Below are positions 15,461 through 29,862 of a DNA stretch of 64,000 nt, piece by piece; positions within the stretch are counted from its first letter, which is position 1; each line of letters starts with the position of its first letter. Position numbers and translations under genes: made by a program. The notes beneath the pieces are model-generated. The model saw only the letters and a list, made by a program, of their open reading frames with translations, ran no database searches and was not told where the DNA came from. This DNA is from the human T2T-CHM13v2.0 reference genome, Homo sapiens: assembly GCF_009914755.1 (NCBI RefSeq), contig NC_060934.1. One strand, given 5' to 3'.

Positions 15461-15605
15461 GTGTACCCTGATCTTTCTTAATGAACCCTTCCCACATTAT
15501 CAATCACATCATGATCCCAAATGCTTCCACGAAGATCAATGGTGTAGCTCTACATTGCAAGGAGCTTTTTGGTAGACTTCAGTCTTTGCCTAATAGAAGC
15601 ACTCT
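15461..15605 (-). other. Candidate 145-nt non-coding or pseudo-exon
   Basis: Minus strand: ctggtttctctgtcttatccag|AGAGTG...GGTACAC|gtgagt. Strong sites, all three frames contain stops. Confidence 0.4.
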
Positions 15606-16548
15606 CTGGATAAGACAGAGAAACCAGATGACTCTGCAGGAGAGGCTGCAGGCAAGGCAAAGCTATCTATGCCCTTGCCATGTCTAAGAATGGTCAAATA
15701 TCACAAGTGATTAGTCTCTCAGATAAGGGATTTGCTTTTATGAAAAACCCCCAAGGAGGGACGGAGGCCAATCTGGCATCTGCTGCAGCGTACACGCATC
15801 CTGGCAAACTACTTCAGGTCAGCAGTCAGGAACCATTTCTTCTGCTAGGATGAGCTTCATGTGGAGGTATTCTCTGAAATATGAGCCCAAAGCCACACTG
15901 AGTATCATCTGCAAGTGATAAAAACTGTATTTGTTCATTAGCAGGGTTAATAGGCATATTCCGGCAGGTCTTATTCCAAACTGTGTTTTCCGAGGCATGA
16001 ATGAAGTGGCTTTTGAAATTTAATCAAGCATAAAAAAAATTACACCCATTATTCATATGATAACTGTGTTCACCTGATAGAAACATTATAGGCAAACTAT
16101 GTCTTAGTGACCTCAACATCTTTTCACAGACATCTGTGGGAACCCACAAATGGAATTCGGCAACCAAACTGGCGTTTCATGAGTGGCCTTCCTGGCTGAC
16201 CCCAAACAGTTCATAGAAGCCATGTATTATGATTTGCTTCCTCTCAGGGGGCACTAAATTATTTGATGAGACCACATTGAGACACAGCAATACTCTTCTT
16301 TACAATGGGACTGACAGTTACTCTCTCCTGAGTAGATGGAGACTTTGACAAGTACAGAGTTGAAGCAAAATCTGCCTGGGACATCCAGGTAGAGTTTTCT
16401 GGCTGATGCTTGGGTGGATGGTTATGGTATTTATGTCAAATCATAGATTAGTAAAGGATTTTTTTCTTATTCAGTCATGGGTTAGTAGAATATGAAAACA
16501 GGGCTGGATACACTTCTTTTTTTCCCGTTTTAAAAAACTGTGATAATA

Positions 16549-16890
<342 letters not shown>

Positions 16891-17829
16891 TTAAGTGCAC
16901 CACACAATATGTTAACTATAATCATTACATTGTATGGCAGATCTGCAGAACTCATTCATCTTGCATAACTGAAATTGTGTGCCCATTGGAAGCCACACTC
17001 CATTTTCCCATTTTCTCAGCTCCTGGAACCCACCATTCTACTGTCTGTTTCTACGAGTATGACTATTATAGATACTTCATATAAGTGGAATCATGCAGTA
17101 TTTGTCCTTCCATGACTGGCTTATTTCACTAAGCCTAACGTCTTCCAGGTTTCTCCATGTTGTTGCATATGGCAGAATTTCCTTCTTTTTGAAGGCCAAG
17201 TAGTATTCTATTGTATGTGTACACCACATTTTCCTTGTCTATTCATCCGTGGGTAGACATTTAGGTTGTTTCTACATCTTGGCTACTGTGAATAATGCTG
17301 CAATAAATATGGTATGCAGTTATCCCTTTGATATCCTTTCAGTTCTTTTGGATGTATACCCAGAAATGGAATTGCTGGATCATATGGTAGTTCTATTTTT
17401 AATTTTTTGAGGAACTTCAATACTGTTTTCTATGGTGGCTGCACCGTTTTGCATTTCCACCAACAGTGTTCCACACCAGTCCAATTTCTCCTCTTCCAAT
17501 CCTCAACAACGCTTACTATTGTTTGTGTTTTGAGTAACAGTCATCCTAATAGGTGTGCACTGATATCTCATTATGGTTTTGATTTGCATTTCCCTAATGA
17601 TTAGTGATGTTGAGCATGTTTATATATGCCTGTTGGCCATTTGTTTATATTCTTTGGAGAAATGTCTAAATCCTTTGCCCACCTTTTAATCTAGTAAAAT
17701 TTTTTTGCTATTATGTTGTAGAAGTTTCCTATACATTTTAGATACTAACACCTTATCAGATACATGGCTTGCAAATATTTTTTCCCGTTCAGTAGGCTGC
17801 CTTTTCACTCAGATAAGTGTTTCCTCTGC

Positions 17830-17960
17830 TATAAGACTTAATACCTGGGTGATTAAATAACCTGTACAACAAACTCTTTTGACACAAATTTACCTCTGTA
17901 ACAAACCTGCACATGTACCCCTGAACTTAAAATTTACAAAATAAAATAAAATAAACATAG
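17830..17960 (+). mobile_element. Short L1PA/PB 3' end, antisense within the older L1M
   Basis: taatacctgggtga...aacaaacctgcacatgtacccctgaacttaaaa followed by an A-rich tail. Confidence 0.8.
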
Positions 17961-17992
17961 CTACCTATTTAAATAAAAAAGAAGCTTTTTAG

Positions 17993-18402
<410 letters not shown>

Positions 18403-19229
18403 TAAAGCTTTTCCCTTGTGTTTCTTCTACAAGTTTTACTGTTTCAGTTCTTATGTTTAAGACTTTTATTCATTTTGAGTTGATTTTGCATATGGTGTAG
18501 GATAAGGTTCCAATTTCATTCTTTTACATATGGATACCCACTGTTTTCAGTGCCATTTTTTTGTGAAGAGACCATTCTTCCCTCATTGTGTATTCTGGCA
18601 CTTTGTTGAAGATCAGTTGACTGTGCATGTGTCAGTTTATTTCTGGGCTCTGCATTCTGTTCCATTTGTCTATGTATCTGTTTTTATGCCAGTACCATAG
18701 TGTTTTAATTACTGTAGCTTTGTAATATATTTTAAAATCAGGAAGTGTGATGCCTCCAGCTTTGTTGTTCCTTGTCAGGATCTCTTTGGCTTTTCAGGGT
18801 CTTTTGTGGTTCCATATGAATTTTAGGAACGCTTTCCTATTTCTGTAAAATATGCCATTGGGATTTTGATAAAGATTGCATTGAATCTGTACATTGCTTT
18901 GGGCCATGTGGATATCTTAACAAGATTAAGTCTTCCAATCCCAGAACACAGGATGTCTATTTATTTGTGTTTTTAAAAATTTCTTTCAGCAGTGTTTCAT
19001 AATTTTCAGTGTACAAGTCTTTCACCTCCTTGGTAAAATTGATTCCTAAGTATTTTGGTTTTTGCTGCTATTGTAAATATTATTATTTTCTTAGTAGGTA
19101 CATCTGTGTTTCATTGCTTCATCTGAGCAATCTCTATCAATAGAACTCACCTTGACCCATAAGAAAATATGTTAAATGATTAGTGGCCTAAACAAAGTGC
19201 CTATTGTCTTTAACTCTCTTAAGAGGAAT

Positions 19230-19450
19230 TACCATTTATTGTCTACTGAACGCCAGGCATAGCCTTAGACTCAACATACATTATTCCATTTGATCCTAGT
19301 GTCTCTATGAAATAGATATCATTAAACCCCCTTTCCATAAGGAAATTCATATTTAGAGAGGTTAAGGTGCTCGTTCAAATTCACATGGTTAAGAAGTAGG
19401 AAGGCCATGTCTATTTGATTCCAAAGTCAGAGCTCTTTTCACAAATATGC
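19230..19450 (-). mobile_element. MIR
   Basis: taccatttattg...gccaggca...agagaggttaag...tcacatgg. Confidence 0.7.
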
Positions 19451-20077
19451 AGTGTCCTAAAATTAAAACATAGGCCTTGCTTAGTTAGTTCTAGTATGTT
19501 GTGCATCAGAAACAGCTCCTAACCTATGCTAAAAATGATCACATAAGGGGTAATTGAAATTATTTTCAGTGGTTTCTGCAGATATCTGCAGAGTTAAGAT
19601 TTTCTGTAATGAAGTTCTGTATTTTGGCAGTCTTTGTAAGCTTCTTGGAAAGTAGAAAAGCATTCTTCCTTTGGTTGGAGGGTCAATTCTTATCCAAAGG
19701 ATTCTCTGAGTTTCCCTTCTCCTTAGATTGTGGAGTTGGACATGATGTTGAAGGTCACAAGAACCAACCACTCATTTTATGCATAAGCAACCCACAGAAA
19801 GGTTTGGAAAGGTCAACCAGGTTGATTAAGATCACTCAGCACTTACTGGCAGAGTTAGGAACGACATCTAAGCTTCCTAACTCTAAATCCCGTGCCTTAT
19901 TATTAGCGAAATTATTAGTTTCTGAACTAGGACTCATGCTTTTGTTGTATAAAGTAAATCTGGCCACTTTTCTTTTATGAATTGACTACTTCCAGTATGA
20001 TTGCGACTTACTCTATTTTTCTCACACATATAGTACATATCTTTTATACATAGTCTAGCCAAAATTCTGACATGACT

Positions 20078-20410
20078 TAGCAGCAACATGGATGCAGAGG
20101 CCATTATCCTAAGCAAATCAATGCAGGAACAGAAAACCAAATACCACGTGTTCTTACTTATAAACAAGAGCTAAACATTGGGTACTCGTGGACATAAAGA
20201 TGGGAAAAATAAACACTGGGGACTACTACAAGGGGGAAGGCAGGAGGGAGGGAGGCAAGGGTTGAAAAACTAACTGTTGGATACTGTGTTTAGTACATGG
20301 ATGACAGGATCATTTGTATTTCAAACCTCAGTTTCATGCACTATACCCAGGTAATAAACCGGCACATGTACCTCAAACCTAAAATTTAACAAAAAATGAA
20401 ATTTAAAAAA
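20078..20410 (+). mobile_element. L1PB/MA 3' end
   Basis: gcagcaacatggatg...ggaacagaaaaccaaatac...gagctaaacattgggtac...A tail. Confidence 0.88.
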
Positions 20411-20639
20411 TTCAGGCATGAATTGTATATTTGAGCTATCCAAACTCATATTCCCTCCCTGAACATCTGCTTGGCCTCTTTACACCAGAAACTAAATTTC
20501 TTGAGAAAGTCCATCTTAATTACCTTGTATTTATAGATGCTCAAATGGTCCTAATATTTACAGATGCTTATTAAATATGATTGGATTATGCCATTTGCTT
20601 GATATTCTTTATTAATGCTAATGTGCATTAGAAGCAAAT

Positions 20640-20703
20640 TTTTAAACTTTTAAGTTCAGGTGTACAAGTGCAGGTTTATCACATAGGTAAACTTGCGTCA
20701 TGG
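20640..20703 (-). mobile_element. ~65-bp L1P 3' tip
   Basis: ttttaagttcaggtgtacaagtgcaggttt...ataggtaaacttgcgtcatgg, flanked by aagcaa(a)tttttaa repeats. Confidence 0.75.
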
Positions 20704-20889
20704 AAAAGCAATTTTTAACAAGCAACCCATTATTAGGTCAATGTGTCCAATACTCACGGCCTTATTGGTATCCTTGGGACATAGAAAAAAAACAGAGACA
20801 CTAGTTTGTACAGCTATTAAGATATTACCGATGCCTTTGCTAATAGAACGTAAGGTTTTTCTATTTAAAGCAAAAAAAAAAAAAAAAAT

Positions 20890-21188
20890 CTTTGGTTAAT
20901 GGGTACTAAAAAATAGAAAGAATAAGACCTACTATTTGATAGAATAAGAGGGTGATTATAGTCAATGAGAACCTAATCATACATTTAAAAATAACTAAAA
21001 GGGTTTAACTGAATTATTTGTAATGCAAAGGATAAATGCTCAAAGGGATGGATACCCAATTCTCCATGATCTGCTTGTTTTATTATATTTGCATATTGCC
21101 TGCCAGCAACAAAACATCTCATGTACCCATGGACATATATAACTACTATGTACCCAGAAAAATTACAAATAAAAAATTAAAAAAAAAT
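20890..21188 (+). mobile_element. L1MA 3' end
   Basis: ggttaatgggtac...aataagacctactatttgatag...ggataaatgct...actatgtaccca followed by an A tail. Confidence 0.85.
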
Positions 21189-21234
21189 TTTTATAATCCC
21201 TTAAAATTATCTTAATAAGGCTTAGTTGAAGGGG

Positions 21235-21236
<2 letters not shown>

Positions 21237-21280
<44 letters not shown>
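21237..21280. repeat. (AC)22 microsatellite
   Basis: Directly visible. Confidence 0.98.
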
Positions 21281-21286
<6 letters not shown>

Positions 21287-21971
21287 GTAGCCAGAATGAT
21301 GAGTCGACTAAGTAGTGGAGTTGTATCACGATGTATGATCTTTGATTCAAACTTCAGAGAATCTGTTAAGAAAGAAAATATAGATGTAGGATTCCAGAAG
21401 GCATGAACAATCTTGAACTGTTCTTTTGAAAAATGAACTGAGCAGAGCTGAGCTATAGAGCGAAAGCCAGTTGATTTATGTCAAAATAAATTACTGGGTG
21501 CCATTTCTGTAGACCCAAAGGATTCTGCAGGTTGAATATTTGCAGGTTTGTATCTAATTTTAGGGATCAGGACATTTCTGTTATCTTCACCATTTTTCTT
21601 GCCATACAAAAGGCGATCAAAATAAGTGCCATTTACTGAGAACTAACTGATGGCTTCCCTAGGTTGCAGTGTTTTAATTAGAGAGATCATAGGGCCAGAT
21701 TCTGCTATTCAGTGAAGGGAGGCTTTTATAAAAAGGCTTATAACAGCATGAGACAGATTTCTATTTGATAATGAGAAACAAAATGTGTAAAAATGAAATT
21801 GTAAAAAGGACTAAGCAATGGCATGGTACTAGATGAAGTTTCTTTTTTTCTAAATAACTTTAGAGAAAATTGGCACATTTGGTAACTACATTGACTTTTT
21901 CTATATGGAAAAGCATAGAAATTTCTTGGAAGTGACTAGACTGAGAAACAGGGGTACAGAAACTGGCCCCT

Positions 21972-22097
21972 CTACAGTTTGTAACGTAGGCTTCTCATGC
22001 GTTTCTTTTCCAGTTTTCTCCTCACTGTTTTCGCACAAGAAAGGACTGCATAAAAAGATGTCGAGCCATGTAGTTCACAAGGAGGAACACATCGCTT
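21972..22097 (-). CDS. Candidate terminal coding exon KRCVPPCELHGSTSFYAVLSCAKTVRRKLEKKRMRSLRYKL* (strand uncertain)
   Basis: 42-codon open frame after ...ctgtag| that contains all five local CpGs (CGA, TCG, GCG, CGC, CGT). ATTAAA lies about 295 nt downstream. The acceptor is weak, and a competing plus-strand reading exists at 22014-22073. Confidence 0.3.
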   Translation of the reverse strand, partial: KRCVPPCELHGSTSFYAVLSCAKTVRRKLEKKRMRSLRYKL

Positions 22098-23269
22098 CTA
22101 CAGCTGGATTTTTAAAAGACACTAACTTAATGGTTTTAGTTGTATTATTTTAATTACGGCAACAAAAGGAATTGGAAGCTGTAAACAGCCATTTTCTTAA
22201 GCCAATTGTGTGGACATTAGGTTTATAAACAAAATCCATTGAAACTTTATAAAAATAAGAAATTTTCATTTATATTAAATTCCAACTCAGTTTTAATAAT
22301 GTACTTGCTTAATTTTTTAACCACAGATCTGATTTCCTATAAAAAAGGAAAAAATTATCTCATGACATGCCTAAAGAAAGGTCAGGAAATTTTACATTTT
22401 CTCAGATACTCACTGAAATTAAAGCAAACTAAAAAGAAAAATTGGCCTTTGCTTCTTCTAGCCTCCCTTGCAAATATAAAACATCATGTCAATATTATTT
22501 CAATAAGTAGCATTTTAAAAAGCAAACCAAGTAAACAAAACATGTATTGTACTTATTCAGCTGATGTCCTTAGACCATAGTCCTAGACTGAGATCTGAAT
22601 GTTTTGGAACAAGAAGCCCAGTCTGCTTTGCCTTTCTATCTCATTTTACAGAAAACTAGGACAATGGCAACATGTCATCACTGAGGGCATGCTATGAAAG
22701 ATTTATCTTCCTGTGTTCAAACAAATCATTAGATTTATCGTTTTTGGTATCATAGGTCTTCATTGAGTCAAATAAACCATATTTTGTTTACTACACTGGA
22801 AAGATATAAATGCTAAATACTGTTTAACTTTATTTTATTAGAGTGAATATTATATTCTTTTTTCCAGTGACCTTTTATTGCTTCGTGAATAAGGAAATAA
22901 TTTGCTAGACAGAAATAGCAGCAAGAGACTGATGGAATTTATGAGCAGACAAACTCTCCTAAAACTGAAAGATAACCATGATAGTTTCAGATAAAAATAG
23001 AGAATTTTTCTGTACTCCAGTCTCAAAAGTTTCACAAACTTTATATCATACAGGAAATAATATATAAGATTTAAATGGTAGACAACTAATCAATCTTTTG
23101 TAACAGAAAAATAAAGTCAAAACCAGTGATAGATATGATACTTTGCCAAACTCTTAAGCATTTGCTCCTTTAAAAAATATCATACAAAAGGAACAGAGAA
23201 AAATGAGTTTACCTTTCACAAGAGAAAAACTAACCTGATAGCACCAGAAGGAAACAGTAAAACATCGCG

Positions 23270-23495
23270 GTCAAGACTAGGACCTGTGGAACCTGATAGA
23301 ACACTTAATGGTTCTGTGACTTCGGGCAGGTCTCCTACTTTCTGAACCTCAGTTTCCTCTTGTAGAAGGCAGAGATCATATCACTTGCTATCCTCTAGTG
23401 ATGGTAAGAAAGCTAAATGGGATGATACACGTAAGACACCTAGCTTTGTGCCTATCACATTTTAAGCACTTGATACACGTTAGACATTATTATCA
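23270..23495 (+). mobile_element. MIR
   Basis: ctgtgacttcgggcagg...tctgaacctcagtttcctc core...aagcacttgatacacgttag. Confidence 0.8.
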
Positions 23496-26400
23496 CTTTT
23501 AGTTAACAGCTGAATTTTCTTGTCAGATCTCTGTAAACCATGGTGGCATATGAGAATTACAGCCACTCAACAAAAAGTTGTAAAAATACAGTCCATCAAT
23601 CCATTCTTCCATCTCTCTTGAAGTGCTCTGGACAATCTTTTCTCGACATTTTTTGTACTTGATGTTGTATCAGAATATTGTAGTTTGAAAGAAACTTAAA
23701 AACCAAGTATTCAGGGATTTTGCTTAAGGTGTAGAAAGCTAAAAAGAATATGTTCAGCACTCTTACAATAAAAAGATGGAATGTATATGAAATTTTAAAC
23801 TTTCCTGAATGCATTAGAGAGCTTAAGTCACAGGGAAAGTCTAAAGCTGAGAGTGGTAAAATAACAGAAAAAAATAAACAAAAAAAATTCCAGCAGTGCC
23901 GCCACAACCCTAAGCACAAAGTGTCACTGGAAGAATTTGAATTCTAGGGTGCACTCAAGGCAACCACAGAAAAACAAAACCAAAATCCAGGTCAAGTCAT
24001 GGCTACACTGACTCAATCCCCATACTGATTATCTACCAAATTAAGATGTTGTGCCAATTTGCAGGCGCAAATGCTATTTATATCAGGACTGTTGTTTTAT
24101 GCAAGATGTCTGATATTCAAGAAAGAATTATGAGAAACATTGAGAGGCAAGAAAATACACACTGTCAATAAAATCAAAACCACACTCTAATATGCTCCAG
24201 ATGTAGGAAGTCACATAGGGAATTTAAAATAGCTATGATTCATGTGTTAATATGATTAATAGTGAAAAAGATGCACCACATATGTGACTAAATAGGGAGT
24301 TTCAGCAGACGAAATAAAACTATAAGAAAATGATAACAGAAATAATGTCTTTGATGGGCTCAGTAGGAAAGACTCTGACACAGGTGAGAGCTGACTGAGA
24401 TCATTAAAGTGTTGAAATTTAAAAAGAAATTGTCAATCCCAATGTATATATGCAATGAAAATATCTTTCAATAACAGGAGGAAAATAAAGACATCTTCAA
24501 ATAAAAACTGAGAAGCCTTCAAACAAAAAACACTCACGAAATTTATAACAAGAATATCTGTGTTTCAAGAAATGTTAAAGAAATTTCTTCAATCAGAAAA
24601 AATACTAGACAGAAACTATGATCTATGAAGAGTGCTAGAAATGGCAAGAATAAAGGAATATATAAAATTTATTTTCTCATTTAAATTGCTCTAATAGCAA
24701 ATTATTTCTTTAAAACAAATAAGTAGCAATTCATTGTGTTTTAGCATTCTGTATATTGTGTGCAGTGAACTTCTTTAAAAAAGCCTTATGTAGTATGGTT
24801 GCCAGAGCAACCATAGTACAGAAGATGGACATGAGCAATTAAGAGTACATGGTTATGAAGTCATTACATGACATGTGAAATTATATAATATTATTTGAAG
24901 ACAGGCTGTGATTAATCACAAATGTATATTATGACCTCTAAGGAAATGACTAATGTCTTTTTTTTACAGAGCTATAAATAATAAGTTAATAGTGAACATA
25001 AAAGTGGAATCATAAAGTACTCAATATATTAGGAGGCAGAAAAAGAGGAAGAAAAAACCAAAGAATAGATGAGACAAGTAGAAAACTAGAAAAATGGTAT
25101 ATTTTTATTAAGATCAACAACTGCATTAAATATAAATGGTATAATACATTATTAAAAGACAGAGATTGTCATATTGGATTAAAAATTAAATGACCCAACT
25201 TTATATTATTCACAAGCAACCCACTATAAAGACACAGATAGACAAAAAGAGAAAATATGTTATAAAACAAATCATTCAAATAAAAATATAAGTAAAGTGA
25301 CTATATGTTTATCAGACAGAGTTTATTTCATAACAAGGAATATGAGAGATAAAGAATAATATTATCTAATAATAAAGGGTCAAGGTACCAAGAAGATACA
25401 ATGATCCAAAATATGTATTCAACTAACAATGCTTCAAAATATACAAAGCAAAAACTTACAGAATTATAAGAGAAATAGACAAGATTGCAATCATAACAAA
25501 ATTTATGCTTCTCTTTCAGTAATAAAACGAGCAGTCAGAAAGTCAGCAAAGATATAGAAGATGTGAATAACACTATAAACCAACTTTATCTAATTGACAC
25601 TTACACAATACTTCATTTAGTAATAGCAGACTAACCATTCTTCTCAAGCACATATCCAAGATATTCTGAGCCATAAAAGAAAAATCACATTTAAAAGAAT
25701 TGCAATCATGTGAAGTAATTTTCAAAAACATAACAAATTAAATTAAAAATTGATAGCAGAAAAACATCATAAAATACCAAATACTTGATTTCAAGACTAA
25801 CTATAAGGATACAAATATAGAGATAGCCTGGGATTGATGAGAGGATAGATATATAGTTCAGTGGAATACGAAGTCCAGATATAGAATCACACATGTACAG
25901 TCAGTGGATTTTCAACAAAGGGGAAAGGGCAATTCAATGGAGGAAAGATATTTAGTGTAATAAATGGTGCTGAAATAATGGGCTATTCATATGGGAAAAA
26001 AGTAAATCCTGGTTCTTATCCTGTACCATATGCAAAAATTAGCTATAAAATAGATCATAAACATACATGTAAAATGTAAATTTAAAACTTATAGAAGAAC
26101 AGGTAGAAATTTTGTGACCTTGGGTTGACCATGATTCCTTAGGTATAACACAACACAATAAATAAAGAAAAAAATTATAAGTGACTTTCATCAAATTAAG
26201 AGTTCTGTTCTTTAAATGTCACTTTTAGAGAATGAAAAGATAAGGCAGAAATGGGAAGAAAATATTGCAAAACACACATGTGATAAATATCTCCCTTCCA
26301 GCATAAAAAGGAATTCCCAAAACTCAGTAATAAGAAAACAATCAACTCAATTTTAAAAAAGGCAAAGGCTTTTGGGGGAAAAACCCCACTTCACCAAAAA

Positions 26401-27303
26401 AATATATAAGGGATAAAATCAGTAAACTAAAAGACAAGTCAGTAAAAATATACCTACTGAGGTCCAAAAAGAAAAAGGCAAGGAAAGTAAGATATGTGAA
26501 GCATGGTAAACATTCTTTAAAATTGGATAAAGTCCTCAAAAGAGAGAAAAGAGAGAATAAGGATGAAATAATATTTAAAGATACAGCCAGGTATTTTTCA
26601 GAGCTGATAAAAAACATCAACCCATAGAATCAAGAAGCTCCTGAAGCCTCAGTCAGAACAAATATAAGGAAAACCACACCAAAGAACATCAGTTAAACTG
26701 CTGAAAATGAAAGATTAAAAGAAATCTTAAATGGCTGTGCAGAAAAGGGGCATATTAACTTTAGAAAATAAGTACAAGACTGGCTGAGTTTACCACACAC
26801 TATAGAAGCTGGAGGAAAATATGATATTTTTATAAATTTTTATACATTTAAGGAGTACAAGTGCATTTTTGTTACATGGATGTAGTGTGTGATGATGAAG
26901 TCTGGGCCTTTAGGGTAACCATCACCCAAATAGTGTACCTTGTATCTATTAAGTAATTTCTTATCCTTCACCCACTTCCCAATGTCTATTATAGAACCAT
27001 ATCATTCTTTCAATAATGATCATATTTTTAAACAAACGTGAGAACTTTCACTAGCTGACCTACACTAAAGTAAACTGTAGGAGGAGTTCAGTGGAAGGAA
27101 AATTAATCTCAGAGAGAAATGTAACAATATATGAAGACCCATGGAAAGGAAAAGATGCTTGTAAATTTAAATGATTACTGACTGTACAAAACAATAGATA
27201 ATGTTGGGTGTTCAAAATCTGTGTGGGATTTAATTGTGTGATAATAATAATACAAAGTTGTGAGAGAGTAAATAAAGTTGGTTTGCTCTAAAACTCTAGC
27301 ATT

Positions 27304-27435
27304 GGCTGAGTGGGGTTGCTGACACTTATAATCCCAGAACTTTGGGAAGCTGAGGCAGGAGGATCACTTGAAGCCCAGAGTTCAAGACCAGCCCGGGCAG
27401 CATAGCCAAACCCTGACTCTACTAAATTAATTAAT
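27304..27435 (+). mobile_element. Free left Alu monomer (FLAM-like)
   Basis: Single monomer bounded by a perfect TSD aactctagcatt at 27292-27303 and 27436-27447. Confidence 0.85.
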
Positions 27436-29490
27436 AACTCTAGCATTAACTGGGAAGTGGTCAGGTAATTTGCATAATATTTTTTAAGTAAAATACCATG
27501 TTATAAGTTATAAAGTAGCCATTAATGGAAATAGGAAAAGAACGTAGAACTTGCTAGCTAATAAAAGGAAAAAGTGAATAATAAAGACCTTTATTAGTCA
27601 AGAAGACAGAAGAGAAAAAAAAAAGGAAGAATATAAAATGGGAAGGGGTGAAAATAGAGAACATTTTAGACTGTAGTTTTAAACACAAACAAAATTGTAA
27701 TTACATGAAGTGCACACAGGCTACATAATCCAATTTGAAGACTGAAATTAACAGATTGGTTACAAAAACCAGATTCAATGATAAGCTGCTTACAAGAAAC
27801 ACTTCTTAAATAAAAGAACACAGAAATGTTGTAAAGAAAAAAATGGAAAAAGATGAACTACAGAAACACTAACTAAAGGATGGCTTGTGTAGCCTTACTA
27901 ATAATTGTCACAGATGATTAAGGCTTAATTGGAAATAAATATGAATATTTCATAACTATGATTTTAATCCATAGTGAATATAATACAATTCTACATCTAT
28001 AAATACCCAATAACATAGTTTTAAAAATAAATTACATAACTAAAAGGACAAGTATTAAATTCATAATTATAATGTAAGACTTTTATTGTCTCTATAGTTC
28101 TTAGAAGAAACAGACAAAAAAATCAAATATATCTATTTGAGAGACCTAGTACAGTTACTGTCTGTGGCTGAGGTTTCCACTACAGATGCAAGAAAAAGGG
28201 TCCTGTGCTTTCTGTCTATCTGATTGACTACTGAAGTTGTCAAATGGTTTTTCTTCATCCATCAGGCTGATCATATGATTTTTCTTCTTTTGTCAGTTAA
28301 GGTAATCAACTAAATTAATTTTCAACTAAATGAAATAATTATCAATGAACCACTTCGCACTGCTGAAATGAGACTCATGTGGTAATATTGTATTATCCTT
28401 ATCTGCCTGTATTTAATATTCCAGTGTTGTGTTTCAGATGTTTTACATTTAATGCCATGACAGGGATTAGCCTCTACTTTAAAATTCTTGGTAAACAAAG
28501 AATAAAAGGAAAATCTCTCATTAAATAAAGAGTAACTACAAATAAAACATGTAAAGAAGTTCATATTTAAGTATGGGTTACTGAAAGCTTTTCTCCTGAA
28601 ATAAAAAAATCAAAAATATAGTCTATTAGTTTATTTAAATATTATACTGGAGATCTTAGCCAGTACAGTAAGACAAGAAAAATATCGTAAGTATTAGAAA
28701 AGAAGAGGAAAAAAAAAGGTCATTTGCAGAGGACATTTTGGTGTTTACAGAAGAACTGTTGGAATTAATAAGCCAATCTACAGAAGTCATTCAATATGAG
28801 GTTAAAATACAATAACTGGTTGTATTTGTATCAATGACAAAATTTACAAAAGTGGTATTATTCACAGTAGAATCTAAAATATCAAATAGGAATTAATGTA
28901 ACAAGTGGTATCAAAAACATTACTGTACTTTACTACACTAAAAACTACAAAATATTATTGTGAGAAATTAAAGAAGGCCTAATAAATGGAGAAATATTCA
29001 TGCTCATAGATATGAAGACTGATATTGATTATCCCTGAAATACTGCATAAATTTAATGGAATACCAGTAAGAATTTCAACCAGTTTGCTTGTGGAAATTT
29101 ACAAAATAATTTTAAGGTTTACATTTTATAATCAGAGAAAGCTGAGTTAACCAAAAGGTCCAAGGATATGCAGGGAAACCTTGAAGAATAAAATATAACT
29201 GAAGGATGCCCATCACGAGGTATCAACCCCTATCATACCCATATATATCATGTGACAAAGGTGGCATTATAAAGTGGTGTTGAAAGAATGGGAAAACATT
29301 AAAAATTGTTTACAAAGTAAACATGTTTTACAAAGTAAAAATGTTTAGATAGAGAAATATTCTTAAACGAGAATAAAAAACTCTAAAAATGAAGTTTGTA
29401 AATCTGACCTCATTAAAAAATATTTTCCATGCAACAAAAGAGATTGTATGCCATTTAAAACATGAGATCAACTGTAGGACTGTATTTGTA

Positions 29491-29560
29491 TACAACCAAA
29501 AGAATATTATATTGAACATTCGAAATACAACCAAAAGAATATTATATTGAACATTCGAAA
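29491..29560. repeat. Perfect 35-bp tandem duplication
   Basis: tacaaccaaaagaatattatattgaacattcgaaa x2. Confidence 0.97.
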
Positions 29561-29862
29561 TGTTCAAGAAATCCTACAAATTCATGAGTATAACTCAAGA
29601 CAACTAAATAGAAAAAAATAATCAAGTAATATTTATAGGCGATTTGTTAAAAAACTCTAAATATTCAATCAATATATGAAAGGCTGTTTAATCTTATCAG
29701 GATCCATATAAATGCAATTTGAAGCAGCAATCAGATATAGTTTTGCATTCATTAAATCAGTAGAAATTTAAAATCCTGATTATTAAGTGTTGACGAGCCT
29801 ATGGGAGAATAGGCTTTCTTATACATTGGTGGTGGCACTCTTTAGAGAGAAGTTGGGTAATA

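Noticed and set aside
16241-16256. CTCF-like ctctcagggggcact
   Set aside because: The 3' half matches but key 5' core positions do not.
22014-22073. Kunitz-like tail FRTRKDCIKRC
   Set aside because: The rest of the domain (YGGC, upstream cysteines) is absent, so no family assignment is made.
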